NCBI GenBank assembly: GCA_963804165.1
Contig: CAWDPO010000020.1
Coordinates: forward strand, 27,291 to 91,290
Length of the DNA stretch: 64,000 nucleotides
Reading direction: 5' to 3'
DNA from: an uncultured delta proteobacterium
Lineage (GTDB): Bacteria; Desulfobacterota; Binatia; UBA9968
The notes beneath the pieces are model-generated. The model ran no database searches. It had not been told where the DNA came from and saw nothing but the letters and a program-made list of their open reading frames with translations. The translations under genes were made by a program, and so were the position numbers. Of the stretch, positions 22,835-33,328 are shown piece by piece. Each line of letters starts with the position of its first letter. The stretch's first letter is position 1.

Positions 22835-22932
22835 GATGATTTTTTTTAAAATTCGATGAGCTGCAATACTCAGATTAAACGAGAGCGAGTAGGCTTATGA
22901 TCTGACGGATTGGTCCAGAAAAATGTTTTAGT

Positions 22933-23706
22933 TCATACCATCGTCTGACCACCGCAGATGTTGATCGCCTGCCCGGTGATTCCCGCGGCGGCATCCGAGG
23001 CGATATAGGCAACGAGCTCGGCTACTTCATTTGCTTCTAGAAATCTTTGGATGGGGACGGCGGCGATCGCCTGGGCTTTGAACTCTTCCGGTGTAATTCC
23101 CTGGCGTGTAGCCGTCTCGTTTATGCCGATGGTCGCCATTTCGGTGTCCACCCACCCCGGGCAAATCGTGTTAACCGTTATTCCTCGGCTGACGACCTCC
23201 AAAGCAAGGGCGCGGGTGAAACCAATCATGCCATGCTTCGTGGTGCAGTACGCTGTATAGCCCGGCACCCCGAATTTTCCCAGGACCGATGAAATGTTGA
23301 TCACCCGTCCGCCGGCTTGGTCTGGCATGTGTCGAAGGGCAGCTTTGGTAACGAGATACAAACCATTTAGGTTTGTGTCGACGATGTCAAACCACTTACT
23401 ATCGTCGGGGTCATCGATCATACTAGTCCCCGATGTGCCGGCATTGTTCACGAGGATGTGCAGCGCTCCCCAGCGAGACACGATCGCAGTGATCGCACGC
23501 TCGACGTCGGTTTTTTTGCTCACATCCATCGGCAGAGCGAGAACCGACAGGCCGCGGTTTCGGAGCTCTTCAGCGGCACTTTCGACACGGGCCAAGTTGC
23601 GTGAAGCGATGGCCACATTCGCACCGTTTTGGGCCAATTGTAACGCGATCGCTTTTCCAATCCCCGTACCCCCACCGGTTACAAGTGCGACTTTAGGTCC
23701 AGCCAT
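22933..23706 (-). CDS. SDR-family oxidoreductase
   Basis: TGGGTGIG, NNAG, YCTTK, PGWVDT. Confidence 0.92.
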   Translation of the reverse strand: MAGPKVALVTGGGTGIGKAIALQLAQNGANVAIASRNLARVESAAEELRNRGLSVLALPMDVSKKTDVERAITAIVSRWGALHILVNNAGTSGTSMIDDPDDSKWFDIVDTNLNGLYLVTKAALRHMPDQAGGRVINISSVLGKFGVPGYTAYCTTKHGMIGFTRALALEVVSRGITVNTICPGWVDTEMATIGINETATRQGITPEEFKAQAIAAVPIQRFLEANEVAELVAYIASDAAAGITGQAINICGGQTMV

Positions 23707-23922
23707 CGGTATTAGCACCCATTAAAAACAACTCATAAGTATCTGCTTTTAAATATAAAATCAATGTTTTTCACATTGACAAAGACGTTCAGCTCCGGTC
23801 ATCATAAGATATTGCTTAGAATTGGTACTGTAATTGCTGATAATGTCGAGCGGACAATAATCTTTACAGCTTTCAAGCGGATATAATAAAATCACTAAAC
23901 CATTCGTAGGGAGCCGGTCGTT

Positions 23923-24996
23923 ATGGATATCACCCAACTCTTAGAATTCGGCGTGGAACATGGAGCATCTGATTGCCATCTGAGCGCCGGTGAGCCGCCG
24001 CTCATACGTATCGACGGCGATTTAAAGAAACTTGACAATCCTCCTTTGACTAAGGAAGAAGTCCACGCGTTGATTTATGACATCATGAACGACGCGCAGC
24101 GAAAAGCATTCGAAGAAACTCATGAGTGCGATTTTTCATTTGAGCTGGGCAAGCTGGCGCGGTTTCGCGTCAACGTTTTCATGCAAAGGAAGGGTGAGGG
24201 CGCGGTCTTCCGCACGATTCCCACTAAAATTCTAACTCTCGAAGAACTCGGCATGCCGCCCATACTCAAGCAGATGTGCGAAAAGGAGAAGGGTTTGATT
24301 CTGGTGACTGGCCCAACCGGTTCCGGCAAATCAACGACTCTGGCCGCGATGGTCGACTATTTGAACAGTTCGTTTGAAGGCCACATATTGACCGTCGAGG
24401 ATCCGATCGAGTTCGTGCACCAATCGAAAAAGTGCCTAGTCAATCAAAGAGAACTCGGTCCGCACACGCACTCGTTTGCCAATGCGCTGCGGGCAGCCCT
24501 ACGCGAAGACCCCGATATCATCTTGGTGGGTGAAATGCGCGATCTGGAAACGATACAGCTCGCTTTGACGGCGGCAGAAACCGGTCACATCGTCTTCGGC
24601 ACGCTGCACACATCCAGCGCACCGAAAACCGTTGACCGTATCATCGACGTGTTCCCGCCAAGCCAACAGGCTCAGATTCGCGCTCAATTTGCCGAATCAG
24701 TCGAAGCCGTGCTCACGCAAACTCTGCTCAAGAAAAAATCGGGAGGGCGGGTCGCGGCGTTGGAGATTCTGACGGGAACCACCGCGGTGCGCAATCTTAT
24801 TCGAGAGGGCAAAATCCACCAGATTCCCGGGACCATGCAGGTGAGCCAAAAAGACGGTATGCAAACCATGGACATGGCCCTGACGAACCTCGTCACTCGT
24901 GGGTTGGTGACTCGGGAAGAGGCCCAGTCGAAGAGTATGAATCCAAATCTTTTCGGCGCTGCAGGGCCGGCCGCGATCGCCGGCGGTCGCGTGTGA
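23923..24996 (+). CDS. pilT: Type IV pilus retraction ATPase PilT
   Basis: GPTGSGKST, EDPIE, LREDPD, AAETGH, AVRNLIRE motif. Confidence 0.96.
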   Translation: MDITQLLEFGVEHGASDCHLSAGEPPLIRIDGDLKKLDNPPLTKEEVHALIYDIMNDAQRKAFEETHECDFSFELGKLARFRVNVFMQRKGEGAVFRTIPTKILTLEELGMPPILKQMCEKEKGLILVTGPTGSGKSTTLAAMVDYLNSSFEGHILTVEDPIEFVHQSKKCLVNQRELGPHTHSFANALRAALREDPDIILVGEMRDLETIQLALTAAETGHIVFGTLHTSSAPKTVDRIIDVFPPSQQAQIRAQFAESVEAVLTQTLLKKKSGGRVAALEILTGTTAVRNLIREGKIHQIPGTMQVSQKDGMQTMDMALTNLVTRGLVTREEAQSKSMNPNLFGAAGPAAIAGGRV

Positions 24997-25020
24997 TCGT
25001 CCGCTGAGAGCCTGACTACG

Positions 25021-26196
25021 GTGACCCAAGTGGATATTCAGGATTTTTTTAAAACGATGGTCGAAATGGAGGCGTCGGATCTCTATATCACCGTGGCCAA
25101 ACCGCCGATGTACCGCGTGCAGGGAAAAATCGAGGCGAGCGGCGATCATTCGTTCACTCCACAAGAACTTCGAGAAATTGCCCAATCCATCATGAACGAA
25201 AAGCAGCAACGGGAATTCGCTGAAACGATGGAGATGAACATGGCGATGTCGCTTCCGGGAGTGTCCCGTTTTCGCGTCAATATTTTCCAGCAGCGCGGCT
25301 CCGTGGGCATGGTGATCCGGCGCATCAAGGCAGAGGTGATGTCGGTGCAGGAATTGGGATTACCCTCGATACTCACGGACATCGTCATGTCGAAGCGCGG
25401 CTTAGTTTTAGTTGTCGGCGCCACCGGCTCCGGCAAATCTACCTCATTGGCCGGGATGATCGATTATCGAAATACCCATGAGGCCGGACATATTATAACG
25501 ATCGAGGATCCGATTGAATTCGTGCATCGGCACAAGCAATCGATCGTCACCCAACGCGAGGTCGGATTCGACACCCATTCGTTTCAGTCGGCGCTTAAAA
25601 ATACCTTGCGCCAAGCACCGGATGTGATCTTGATCGGCGAGATTCGTGACACGGAGACGATGGAGGCAGCGATCACATTCGCTGAAACCGGCCACCTGTG
25701 CCTCGGAACTCTCCACTCCAATAACGCCAACCAGGCCATCGAGCGAATCATGAATTTTTTTCCGATCGAACGGCATGCGCAGATTTATTTGCAGCTTTCG
25801 CTAAATTTGCGTTCGATTGTTTCGCAGCGATTAATCCCGTCGGTGGATGGCAAACGGGTGGCGGCATTGGAGATCTTGATGGACACGCCGCGCATCAGAG
25901 ATCTGATCAGAAAGGGCCAAGTCGATATCTTGAAGGAAGCTATGGAGCAAGGGATCCAGGAAGGGTGTCAAACTTTCGATCAGGCGCTCTTCGCCCTCTA
26001 CCGGGACGGGAGTATTGTTTTAGATCAAGCGTTAATCAACGCCGACAGTGCCAATAACCTGAGATTGAAAATTAAGCTCGCGGGACTTAAGGTCGATCAA
26101 GAGCCACTGCCGGCCCAAGCTCCAGGCCCAGGTCAGGATGTGTCTAGGCCGGAGCCGGTTCAAGCCGCCGCGGGGTTTCGTTTACGGAAAAATTAA
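25021..26196 (+). CDS. pilU: Type IV pilus ATPase PilU
   Basis: GATGSGKSTS, LRQAPD, HSNNANQA, QTFDQAL, NADSANNLRL. Confidence 0.93.
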   Translation: MTQVDIQDFFKTMVEMEASDLYITVAKPPMYRVQGKIEASGDHSFTPQELREIAQSIMNEKQQREFAETMEMNMAMSLPGVSRFRVNIFQQRGSVGMVIRRIKAEVMSVQELGLPSILTDIVMSKRGLVLVVGATGSGKSTSLAGMIDYRNTHEAGHIITIEDPIEFVHRHKQSIVTQREVGFDTHSFQSALKNTLRQAPDVILIGEIRDTETMEAAITFAETGHLCLGTLHSNNANQAIERIMNFFPIERHAQIYLQLSLNLRSIVSQRLIPSVDGKRVAALEILMDTPRIRDLIRKGQVDILKEAMEQGIQEGCQTFDQALFALYRDGSIVLDQALINADSANNLRLKIKLAGLKVDQEPLPAQAPGPGQDVSRPEPVQAAAGFRLRKN

Positions 26197-26434
26197 CGGC
26201 CCACGCGGATACCCCAAGCGGAACTTCTTCTCAAAGTCTGTATTGATCGATTTGACGAATTCGGCGTTTTAATTAGCGTTGTGGTTTGAGCACGTGTGCT
26301 GATTTGGTGGAGTACGCCACTTGAGAGAGTCTTTCATCCGGTATGTGCTGCCCGGCCAATCACGCGGGAGCTCGGACCATATTTGGCGCGATCAGCGCCG
26401 GTCGGACTCACTCGGTATAAGATCCTTAATTTTC

Positions 26435-26463
26435 TTGACAATTTGCGGGTTGCAGGGTAAAAA
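26435..26463 (+). promoter_or_regulatory. Putative sigma70 promoter of the paralogue triplet
   Basis: TTGACA-17 nt-TAAAAA. Confidence 0.45.
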
Positions 26464-26505
26464 CCAGTTATACAATTTCTCTAGGCAGCCAAATAGGAGC
26501 AGCGA

Positions 26506-27108
26506 ATGTCGCTTATTCAGGACGAAACCACTGCGGTCGGAGGGGGTTTGATGAATGGGATGACAGGCTATGCACAGCCTCTGCGCGCGATAGGTCAAGC
26601 TTTGGAGACATTGAACTTGCAGAGCTTTGAGTTGGAACCGGTAGGGGAGGGGTTCCACGTCCGGGGGATTTTACTGAAAGCACACCCGGAACTATCGGAC
26701 GATCTCGTCACGGCGGAAAAACTAAACGCGATTTGGGGGACGCCGCCCAACACTAACGCCGATGATCGTTCCCGTCGCGAGGGAAGCAACTCACAGGTCC
26801 TATCGCCAATCGAATTGCAATATAGTAAGACGGATGTCGATCGACTCGAAGAAGAGGGGCGGGCTAAGAGAGTCGATCCTCATAGGACGCCGGATGCCGC
26901 GAGCTTGTCACAAATGCTGCGCAGCATCGGTGCATATCTCAATCAGAAACGTGCCAGCCTGCTCCGGCTCTCTCGCGACATCGACTCGGTTTCCGTTGAA
27001 TATAAGACATCCTTGGGGAGTATTCTTCGAGAAACACTTGCGGTTGGCGAGCTGTATGATCTTTGGGTGAGAATGTATCTCCAGAGGGCCGAACGCGTAA
27101 GCCAGTAG
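26506..27108 (+). CDS. Uncharacterised protein, paralogue 1 of 3 (alternative start 26551)
   Basis: YAQPLRAIGQALE...LSQMLRSIGAYLNQK...LYDLWVRMYLQR. Confidence 0.85.
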   Translation: MSLIQDETTAVGGGLMNGMTGYAQPLRAIGQALETLNLQSFELEPVGEGFHVRGILLKAHPELSDDLVTAEKLNAIWGTPPNTNADDRSRREGSNSQVLSPIELQYSKTDVDRLEEEGRAKRVDPHRTPDAASLSQMLRSIGAYLNQKRASLLRLSRDIDSVSVEYKTSLGSILRETLAVGELYDLWVRMYLQRAERVSQ

Positions 27109-27158
27109 AGTCATATGCCGCTCGGTGGCGTGCCGGAAACGCGCGAGGAACAAAAACG

Positions 27159-27710
27159 ATGATTGAAGACTTTACATATGCCGCATTGCTACGACCCATT
27201 GGACAGATGCTCGAGTCGTTGCGTATCGATTCCTTCGCAGTCAAACCCGACAGCGATGGCTTCGTCATACGAGACAAGACCAGAAATCGCGCTCAGTTGA
27301 CTCCCAGAGAAAGAGCTTTTCTCGCCGAGTTGCATTTAAGCCACACTGCCTCCTTGGATAAGGAAGACGCCCTTCGATTAGCTGCCGGCATTTTTGAGTG
27401 GCATTTGACGCCAACGGATCTCGAACGGCTGGAAATAGAGGGGCGTGAGCTGCGGCGAGGCGACAAACGAACTCCGGATTCACACTCAGTGTCGCAAATT
27501 CTCCGCGTTATCGGAAGCATGCTCGATCAAAAGCGCGGGTCTATGGCTTCCGTGTCGAAGGACGCCCAGATGGTCACAGTGGAATACTCCTTACCGGACG
27601 GTAAGCAAGCGACTGAAGAATTTGCCATGCCTATGCTTTATGACCAGTGGGTACGCATGTATAAAAGACGAACAGTCGACCGCCAAGCGGACCCGATCAC
27701 AACCGTTTAA
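27159..27710 (+). CDS. Uncharacterised protein, paralogue 2 of 3
   Basis: YAALLRPIGQMLE...VSQILRVIGSMLDQK...LYDQWVRMYKRR; GAGG RBS. Confidence 0.85.
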   Translation: MIEDFTYAALLRPIGQMLESLRIDSFAVKPDSDGFVIRDKTRNRAQLTPRERAFLAELHLSHTASLDKEDALRLAAGIFEWHLTPTDLERLEIEGRELRRGDKRTPDSHSVSQILRVIGSMLDQKRGSMASVSKDAQMVTVEYSLPDGKQATEEFAMPMLYDQWVRMYKRRTVDRQADPITTV

Positions 27711-27747
27711 CGTCAACCCACGACCTCCAGCTGAATAGACCGGCTCC

Positions 27748-28266
27748 ATGGCGCCGAATTTTAGTTTTTCCCAACTACTTCGTCCGGTTGGCCAAATGCT
27801 CGAAGCGCTTAACGTCGAGTCATTGTCTCTCAAAGTCGAGGACGCGGGCGTATCTGTACACGCGCAAAAACGGCAGGAGCGGCAAACCTCCGCGCCCAAT
27901 ATTTCGCTGCACGTGACATGGCAAATATTTCGCCGCAAAAAGCCGGAGACCGAATCCCAACCCTCCTCCGGAGTTTTGGACCTTCATTATTCGCATGATG
28001 ATATCATGCGAATGGACTCGGAAGCCCAAACCCAAAGGAGAGGGACCGGGGGAAGCCCGGAAGCCAATACTCTATCTCAAATTCTTCGTGCCGTAGGCGC
28101 ATTTGTCGATCAGAAACAGGGCCGTTTGTTGGGCGTGACGATTGAAGGGCAGGATATCGCGATCGAATACGAGTCGGCTCTAAAAAAAGCATTAACCGAG
28201 AAATTTACCATTTCCTCGCTCTACGATTATTGGGTCAAATTGTACCTGCGGCGGCGCGACCGTTAG
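27748..28266 (+). CDS. Uncharacterised protein, paralogue 3 of 3
   Basis: FSQLLRPVGQMLE...LSQILRAVGAFVDQK...LYDYWVKLYLRR. Confidence 0.85.
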   Translation: MAPNFSFSQLLRPVGQMLEALNVESLSLKVEDAGVSVHAQKRQERQTSAPNISLHVTWQIFRRKKPETESQPSSGVLDLHYSHDDIMRMDSEAQTQRRGTGGSPEANTLSQILRAVGAFVDQKQGRLLGVTIEGQDIAIEYESALKKALTEKFTISSLYDYWVKLYLRRRDR

Positions 28267-28613
28267 GCCGATCCACGACGATATAATACCTCGCCGAAAA
28301 GTTCTCTGTAAATGGACGGACTCTGACAATGCGTCTTAGCGCTAGCCAAATACGCCGCTACTTGGCTAGTCTTTGGTGGATAGAGTCTCAGCAGCTTGTA
28401 ATAGCGATCAACAACTCTTCCTTGAGCGGATCTTGTCCCGCGTATAGTCGATCAACCCCAAGGAGAAAGTTAGTAGCGACAGCTTCGTTGAAAATTGGGC
28501 AACTCCGAGTGGATGCGTTGTCTGTTGGGTATATTAAAGCTATTTGGCAGGAGCGGCGCGGCTTTCGATCTCTCCGTGATTGCCCATCCGTGTTGACCGT
28601 CGGTTTGTTTAGG

Positions 28614-28949
28614 TCAAATCTTTAACAGAATCCACGCAGTAACAAACGTTCCGACGATCGCTCCGCCGTAGCACAGCACGGCGAGAAGTTTATTGATGGC
28701 TTTGAGCCCCGTGTCATTGAGAGTGAAGTAGAAGCGATGAGCCCAGTGATAGAGGGGAAGAACGATCAGAACAAAGAGATAAAGCTTTACCCACCAGAGG
28801 CGGTACAACGCCCCGGTGTCGGTAGTCCAGCCAAGCGGCACGGCGAAGCCAACTAGAATGATGTGAATGGGAACTAAAAATGCAGCTACTACGCCACCGG
28901 CAGAGAAGAGCCCCCACCAGAGGGGTTCGATGGTTTTTTCTGTCGCCAT
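28614..28949 (-). CDS. frdD: Fumarate reductase subunit D
   Basis: EPLWWGLFSAGG...LPLYHWAHR...LCYG. Confidence 0.9.
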   Translation of the reverse strand: MATEKTIEPLWWGLFSAGGVVAAFLVPIHIILVGFAVPLGWTTDTGALYRLWWVKLYLFVLIVLPLYHWAHRFYFTLNDTGLKAINKLLAVLCYGGAIVGTFVTAWILLKI

Positions 28950-28952
28950 AAT

Positions 28953-29366
28953 TCAGCTCTTAAGCGCGAGGAATAAAACTAGCACTGTCACCGAGACCAT
29001 CACCCATGCGCCAACGTGCAGCGCCGTAACGATCGGCCGGGAAATTAAACGCTCGCCGATGCGCAGCGGCAGGACAACGGCACTCGACTGAAACCATGTA
29101 AAGCTGTGGTACAGCGCGAACAGCAGCGCCACCAAGTGGAAAAGAATCCAGCCGGGCGAATTGAGCTTTTGCGTGAAGGCGCTATACGCGTCGGGGCCCT
29201 GCGACAACTGATATAACTGACAAAGGTAGACAACGAGGAAGAGGGCGATAAAGACACTTGAAAGCTCGCGCAGCATGAACAGAAAATAGCTCTGTTTCGT
29301 CAGCCACCAAGTCGCCGGCATCTTTCGATGGTAAAGCTTGGATGGGTCCGGTCGCACGGCGCTCAT
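28953..29366 (-). CDS. frdC: Fumarate reductase subunit C
   Basis: Y.RKMPATWW...FMLRE...ALYHSFTWF. Confidence 0.9.
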   Translation of the reverse strand: MSAVRPDPSKLYHRKMPATWWLTKQSYFLFMLRELSSVFIALFLVVYLCQLYQLSQGPDAYSAFTQKLNSPGWILFHLVALLFALYHSFTWFQSSAVVLPLRIGERLISRPIVTALHVGAWVMVSVTVLVLFLALKS

Positions 29367-30106
29367 CGTTGCCCCCAGGGCATCAGGATTGATTGAAACC
29401 AGTTTTTGGTAGTGTCCACTTTAGAGCGCTGGATCGCCGCGGCGGGATCCACATGCTTCGGACACACGACGCTGCATTCCCCGACAAATGTGCAGTCCCA
29501 GATGCCATCGTGGTTGCCGATGATTTCGCGTTGATCCTTTCCCTGGTCGCGCGAGTCCATGTTGTAGCGGTAGCCGAGCGCGATGGCGGCTGGGCCCAAA
29601 AACCTCGGCTCCAGCCCGTAAACCGGGCAGGCCGCGTAACAGAGCATGCAATTAATACACTGGGTGAACTGATGGAACGCCTCGAGTTCCGCCGGCGTTT
29701 GTAAATATTCACCTTCGCTGACAGGTTTCTCGTCCTTGCGTATGATCCAGGGTTTAACGCTCTTCAGTTTGTCCATAAAGTCGGTCATATCGATGACCAG
29801 ATCGCGGATGATCGGAAAGTTGACGAGGGGCTCTACCCGAATCTCCTGGGGGTAATAGTCACGAAGGAACGCTGCGCAGGTGAGTTTTGGCGTGCCATTC
29901 ACCATCATGCCGCAACTGCCGCATACTCCCATACGACAAGACCAGCGATAACTCAGAGTTCCGTCCATCTGATCCTTGATGTGATTTAACGCATCGAGAA
30001 CGACCCAGTCCTCCCGGTAAGGGACGACGTAGGATTGTGTGGTCAGCGCCCGATCTTTATCGGGGCGGTAGCGAGTAACGTTCAATGTGATAGTTGGCTC
30101 TGCCAT
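29363..30106 (-). CDS. frdB: Fumarate reductase iron-sulfur subunit
   Basis: [40 protein letters not shown]. Confidence 0.93.
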   Translation of the reverse strand: MAEPTITLNVTRYRPDKDRALTTQSYVVPYREDWVVLDALNHIKDQMDGTLSYRWSCRMGVCGSCGMMVNGTPKLTCAAFLRDYYPQEIRVEPLVNFPIIRDLVIDMTDFMDKLKSVKPWIIRKDEKPVSEGEYLQTPAELEAFHQFTQCINCMLCYAACPVYGLEPRFLGPAAIALGYRYNMDSRDQGKDQREIIGNHDGIWDCTFVGECSVVCPKHVDPAAAIQRSKVDTTKNWFQSILMPWGQR

Positions 30107-30201
30107 TGTCTCCTCTTGGAATTTAGCACTGAGCGATCAGCGCCGAGTTCAAAATGCGCGTCTGCTAAATTGGCGCGCACTCGGCGCTCAGCTCGCGTGG
30201 C

Positions 30202-31932
30202 TTAATACTTGCGCTCCTCCGGCTGCCAGCGGGTAATGGTCACTGGCAGGTATTCGATTCTCGGTCCATCGGGCGTTCGGCAGGCAAGAGTGTGTTTCAG
30301 AAAGTTTGCGTCGTCCCGTTTCGGAAAGTCCGTCCGAGTATGAGAGCCGCGCGACTCCTTGCGCTTGAGCGCGGAATTTGCGACGGTCTCAGCCACGTCG
30401 AGCATGTAGTCCAGCTCGAGCGCGTTCATAAGTTCGGTGTTAAACGTGCTGTCTCGATCTTCAATGATGATGTTCTTAAAACGCTCTCGCAGAGCTCTCA
30501 GCGTGTCGCAAGTCTTCTGCATGCTCTGTTCAACGCGATAGATTCCTGCGCCTTCTTCCATTGTTTTTTGCATCTCTTGGCGAATCGTCGCGATTTTTTC
30601 CTTGCCGCCGTCCTTCTTCAAGAAGTGGCGATCGAGACGCTTTTGTTCGTCGGCCGCGAGCGCCTCGATTTTTGCCGAGGCGGGTGCCGAAGCGGTGGAG
30701 GCATAGGTCGCTGCAGAGCGGCCTGCCCGATTGCCAAAGACCAATAGCTCGGTCAGGGAGTTAGAACCCAACCGGTTGCCGCCGTTAAGCGAAACGCAGG
30801 CGGTTTCTCCCGCGGCGTAGAGCCCGGCGAGATTTGTTTTGGCGTTTATGTCCGTCGAGATCCCGCCCATCATGTAGTGTACCACCGGTCGAACCGGAAT
30901 GGGCTCATGAACCGGGTCGATGCCGACGTATTTGCTCGCTAGCTCTCGGACAAAGGGTAGTTTCTTGTCGATCACTTCCTCGCCCAAGTGGCGCAGATCG
31001 AGATGCACGTAGTGACCGTAAGGGCCGTCGAAGGTGCGGCCTTTGGCGAATTCCTGCATGTGACAACGCGATAGAATGTCACGCGGCCCCAGTTCCATCT
31101 TGCGGTGCGTGGGCGTATCGGTCGGCGGGCCGAGTCCGTAATCTTGGAGATAGCGGTAGCCGTCCTTGTTCTTTAGCCACCCGCCTTCACCGCGCGATGC
31201 TTCGGTAATCAAAATTCCCGTTCCCGGCAATCCCGTGGGATGGTACTGGACGAACTCCATGTCTTTGAGGGGGACTCCCGCTCGATAGGCTGCTGCCATG
31301 CCATCCCCGGTGTTGATCGCGGCGTTGGTGGTGAAAGGGAAGATGCGGCCTCCTCCTCCCGTACATAGGATAACGCTTTTGCCGGCAATGACTTCTACCT
31401 TGCCGGTATAAAGATTGATCGATGTGACACCGCACACTTTGCCGTCATCGACCAACAATGAAGTGAGAAAACACTCATCGTAGCGAACGATGCTTTCATA
31501 CTTCAGAGAAGTCTGGAACAGGCTGTGGAGCAAGTGAAAGCCAGTTTTGTCCGCGGCAAAAAGCGTGCGATCGGCGCTCATGCCGCCGAAGGACCTGACG
31601 CTCACACGACCGTCAGGATCGCGGCTCCACGGGCAACCCCAGTGCTCCAGTTGGATAAGTTCTCCAGGAGCCTCTTGGACAAAAGCCTCGACAGCATCTT
31701 GGTCCGCCAGGAAGTCAGCACCAAAAATGGTGTCCTTCGCATGGAGATCGAGGCTATCGAAATCGCGCATAACTGCCGCGGTTCCTCCTTCCGCGGAAAC
31801 CGTGTGACTTCTCATCGGATAAACCTTGGAGATTAATGCGATCGATAGCTTATTCGATATCTCTGCTGCGGCTATGGCGGCGCGCAGGCCGGCACCTCCG
31901 CCGCCAACGATTACGATGTCATGAGTAAACAT
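30202..31932 (-). CDS. frdA: Fumarate reductase / succinate dehydrogenase flavoprotein
   Basis: [16 protein letters not shown] (FAD His), [20 protein letters not shown]. Confidence 0.93.
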   Translation of the reverse strand: MFTHDIVIVGGGGAGLRAAIAAAEISNKLSIALISKVYPMRSHTVSAEGGTAAVMRDFDSLDLHAKDTIFGADFLADQDAVEAFVQEAPGELIQLEHWGCPWSRDPDGRVSVRSFGGMSADRTLFAADKTGFHLLHSLFQTSLKYESIVRYDECFLTSLLVDDGKVCGVTSINLYTGKVEVIAGKSVILCTGGGGRIFPFTTNAAINTGDGMAAAYRAGVPLKDMEFVQYHPTGLPGTGILITEASRGEGGWLKNKDGYRYLQDYGLGPPTDTPTHRKMELGPRDILSRCHMQEFAKGRTFDGPYGHYVHLDLRHLGEEVIDKKLPFVRELASKYVGIDPVHEPIPVRPVVHYMMGGISTDINAKTNLAGLYAAGETACVSLNGGNRLGSNSLTELLVFGNRAGRSAATYASTASAPASAKIEALAADEQKRLDRHFLKKDGGKEKIATIRQEMQKTMEEGAGIYRVEQSMQKTCDTLRALRERFKNIIIEDRDSTFNTELMNALELDYMLDVAETVANSALKRKESRGSHTRTDFPKRDDANFLKHTLACRTPDGPRIEYLPVTITRWQPEERKY

Positions 31933-32084
31933 TTCGAGTTGTCTTATATGCTGACTCGCTAGGTGTCAAGGCAGTGATACGATTAGAGAACAATTTTCCA
32001 TCCGTACGGCCAAGAGAGGATCCTGGCTGCACGAACTACTCTGTAATCTTTCTTGGAGACGCAAAGGAAATAGTAAAGAATTGT

Positions 32085-32417
32085 CTACCTTGCCGGCGCG
32101 ACACCGGCTTCTTTGGCCTGGTCCGCGGCGTCGAGCTTCATGTATTGCTCGACGATCTGCGGCACATCTTCTTTGGTCACCTTCATATACCACAGCCCTT
32201 CGGGCCAAACCATCATGTTGGGGCCGAATGCGCAGACGTCTAAACAACCCGATCTGACGACACGAATCTTGCCTTTTAGGTTGCGTTCTTTGCAGACCCT
32301 TCTAAGTTCTTCGACGACTTCTTCCGACCCGCTATAACCGCACGACGGGCTTTCACCGTTGCGGTTGTTGATGCACACGTGGATTTGACGGACATAAGGC
32401 TGTGGGCGCCGAATCAC
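32085..32417 (-). CDS. Thioredoxin-like [2Fe-2S] ferredoxin
   Basis: VC.N.R...SC...SGCLDVC.FGP...PEG.WY. Confidence 0.88.
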   Translation of the reverse strand: MIRRPQPYVRQIHVCINNRNGESPSCGYSGSEEVVEELRRVCKERNLKGKIRVVRSGCLDVCAFGPNMMVWPEGLWYMKVTKEDVPQIVEQYMKLDAADQAKEAGVAPAR

Positions 32418-32748
32418 GGATTGTCCCTTCAGATGTTGGAATCAATGGGTTTATAGCAGAAAAAAAAATCGTTTGCACGCGGCGCGGCGGCTTGATTTCC
32501 CCATGCACGCTACCGTTGAAGTCGGCATTAGGTGCCCGCTGTAACAGCTCGCCGTTTTCATATTCCATCTATTGTCCTTGTCTCAGACTCGCCGAATCCA
32601 TAGAATCCCACCGGGGCGATTGGATTCAAGCTGGAGTGTATTTAACCGGGCTTCTGGACGTTACTTTAGGGGGATACAGCTATTGCCGCGCGCGGTGCCA
32701 ATCCGGCATGTAGCGTTGTGTCTGATGTGAATCGGCTTAGAGGAGCGT

Positions 32749-33024
32749 ATGTCGCGGGATAAACCTGTATTGCGGGCTCTAAGACTCCTGTCGCTCATCG
32801 AAAAAAACGGCAGCGGGTTGCGCGTTACGGATATGGCCGAGCAGCTCGGCGCGAATGCGAGAGCGGTTGGCAGGGTCGAGTACGAGGTGGTTCACGTCCT
32901 GATCGATCGAGGTTTCGATCTTGATACGCTTTTTGGCTGGCGTGGCGCGTTGAAACGATCGTCGCGAAGCCGCTGCGTAGATATCCGGGAGAAAAATATT
33001 GAGCTACGCCACCACCCGGTTTGA
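32749..33024 (+). pseudogene. Truncated HTH regulator (N-terminus resembles WYL-type regulators)
   Basis: GGAG RBS; MSRDKPVLRALRLLSLIE...GLRVTDMAEQLGANARAV, then similarity is lost. Confidence 0.45.
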
Positions 33025-33328
33025 CGATCCGAATGGACGAGCCTTGATCATCGGGTTTGCCCTTGCGGCTCACGGAGGAAATCGAACCGGACGGATTTTT
33101 ATGGGAGATCGGAGCGGCGATTGGCTTGTGGTCGTTGTTGGTGAAAATTGAATCGTTTACAAATGGGTGGATGTCTCGCTAAAAACAATAACGTGCATGA
33201 GAAGATTGCTGGTATTTTGTCGATGCAGGGGGCGAATGACTAACTTTGTTTACAGTGGGCAGGATTGAGTGACTAAACTAAACAGTCGGCACACACATCG
33301 AAGCTTATCGAAAGCCCGAGTCGAAGAT

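Noticed and set aside
28267-28613. Lower-GC stretch with a 98-aa ORF between the paralogue triplet and frdD
   Set aside because: No recognisable motif or RBS; possibly a gene relic but not supportable.
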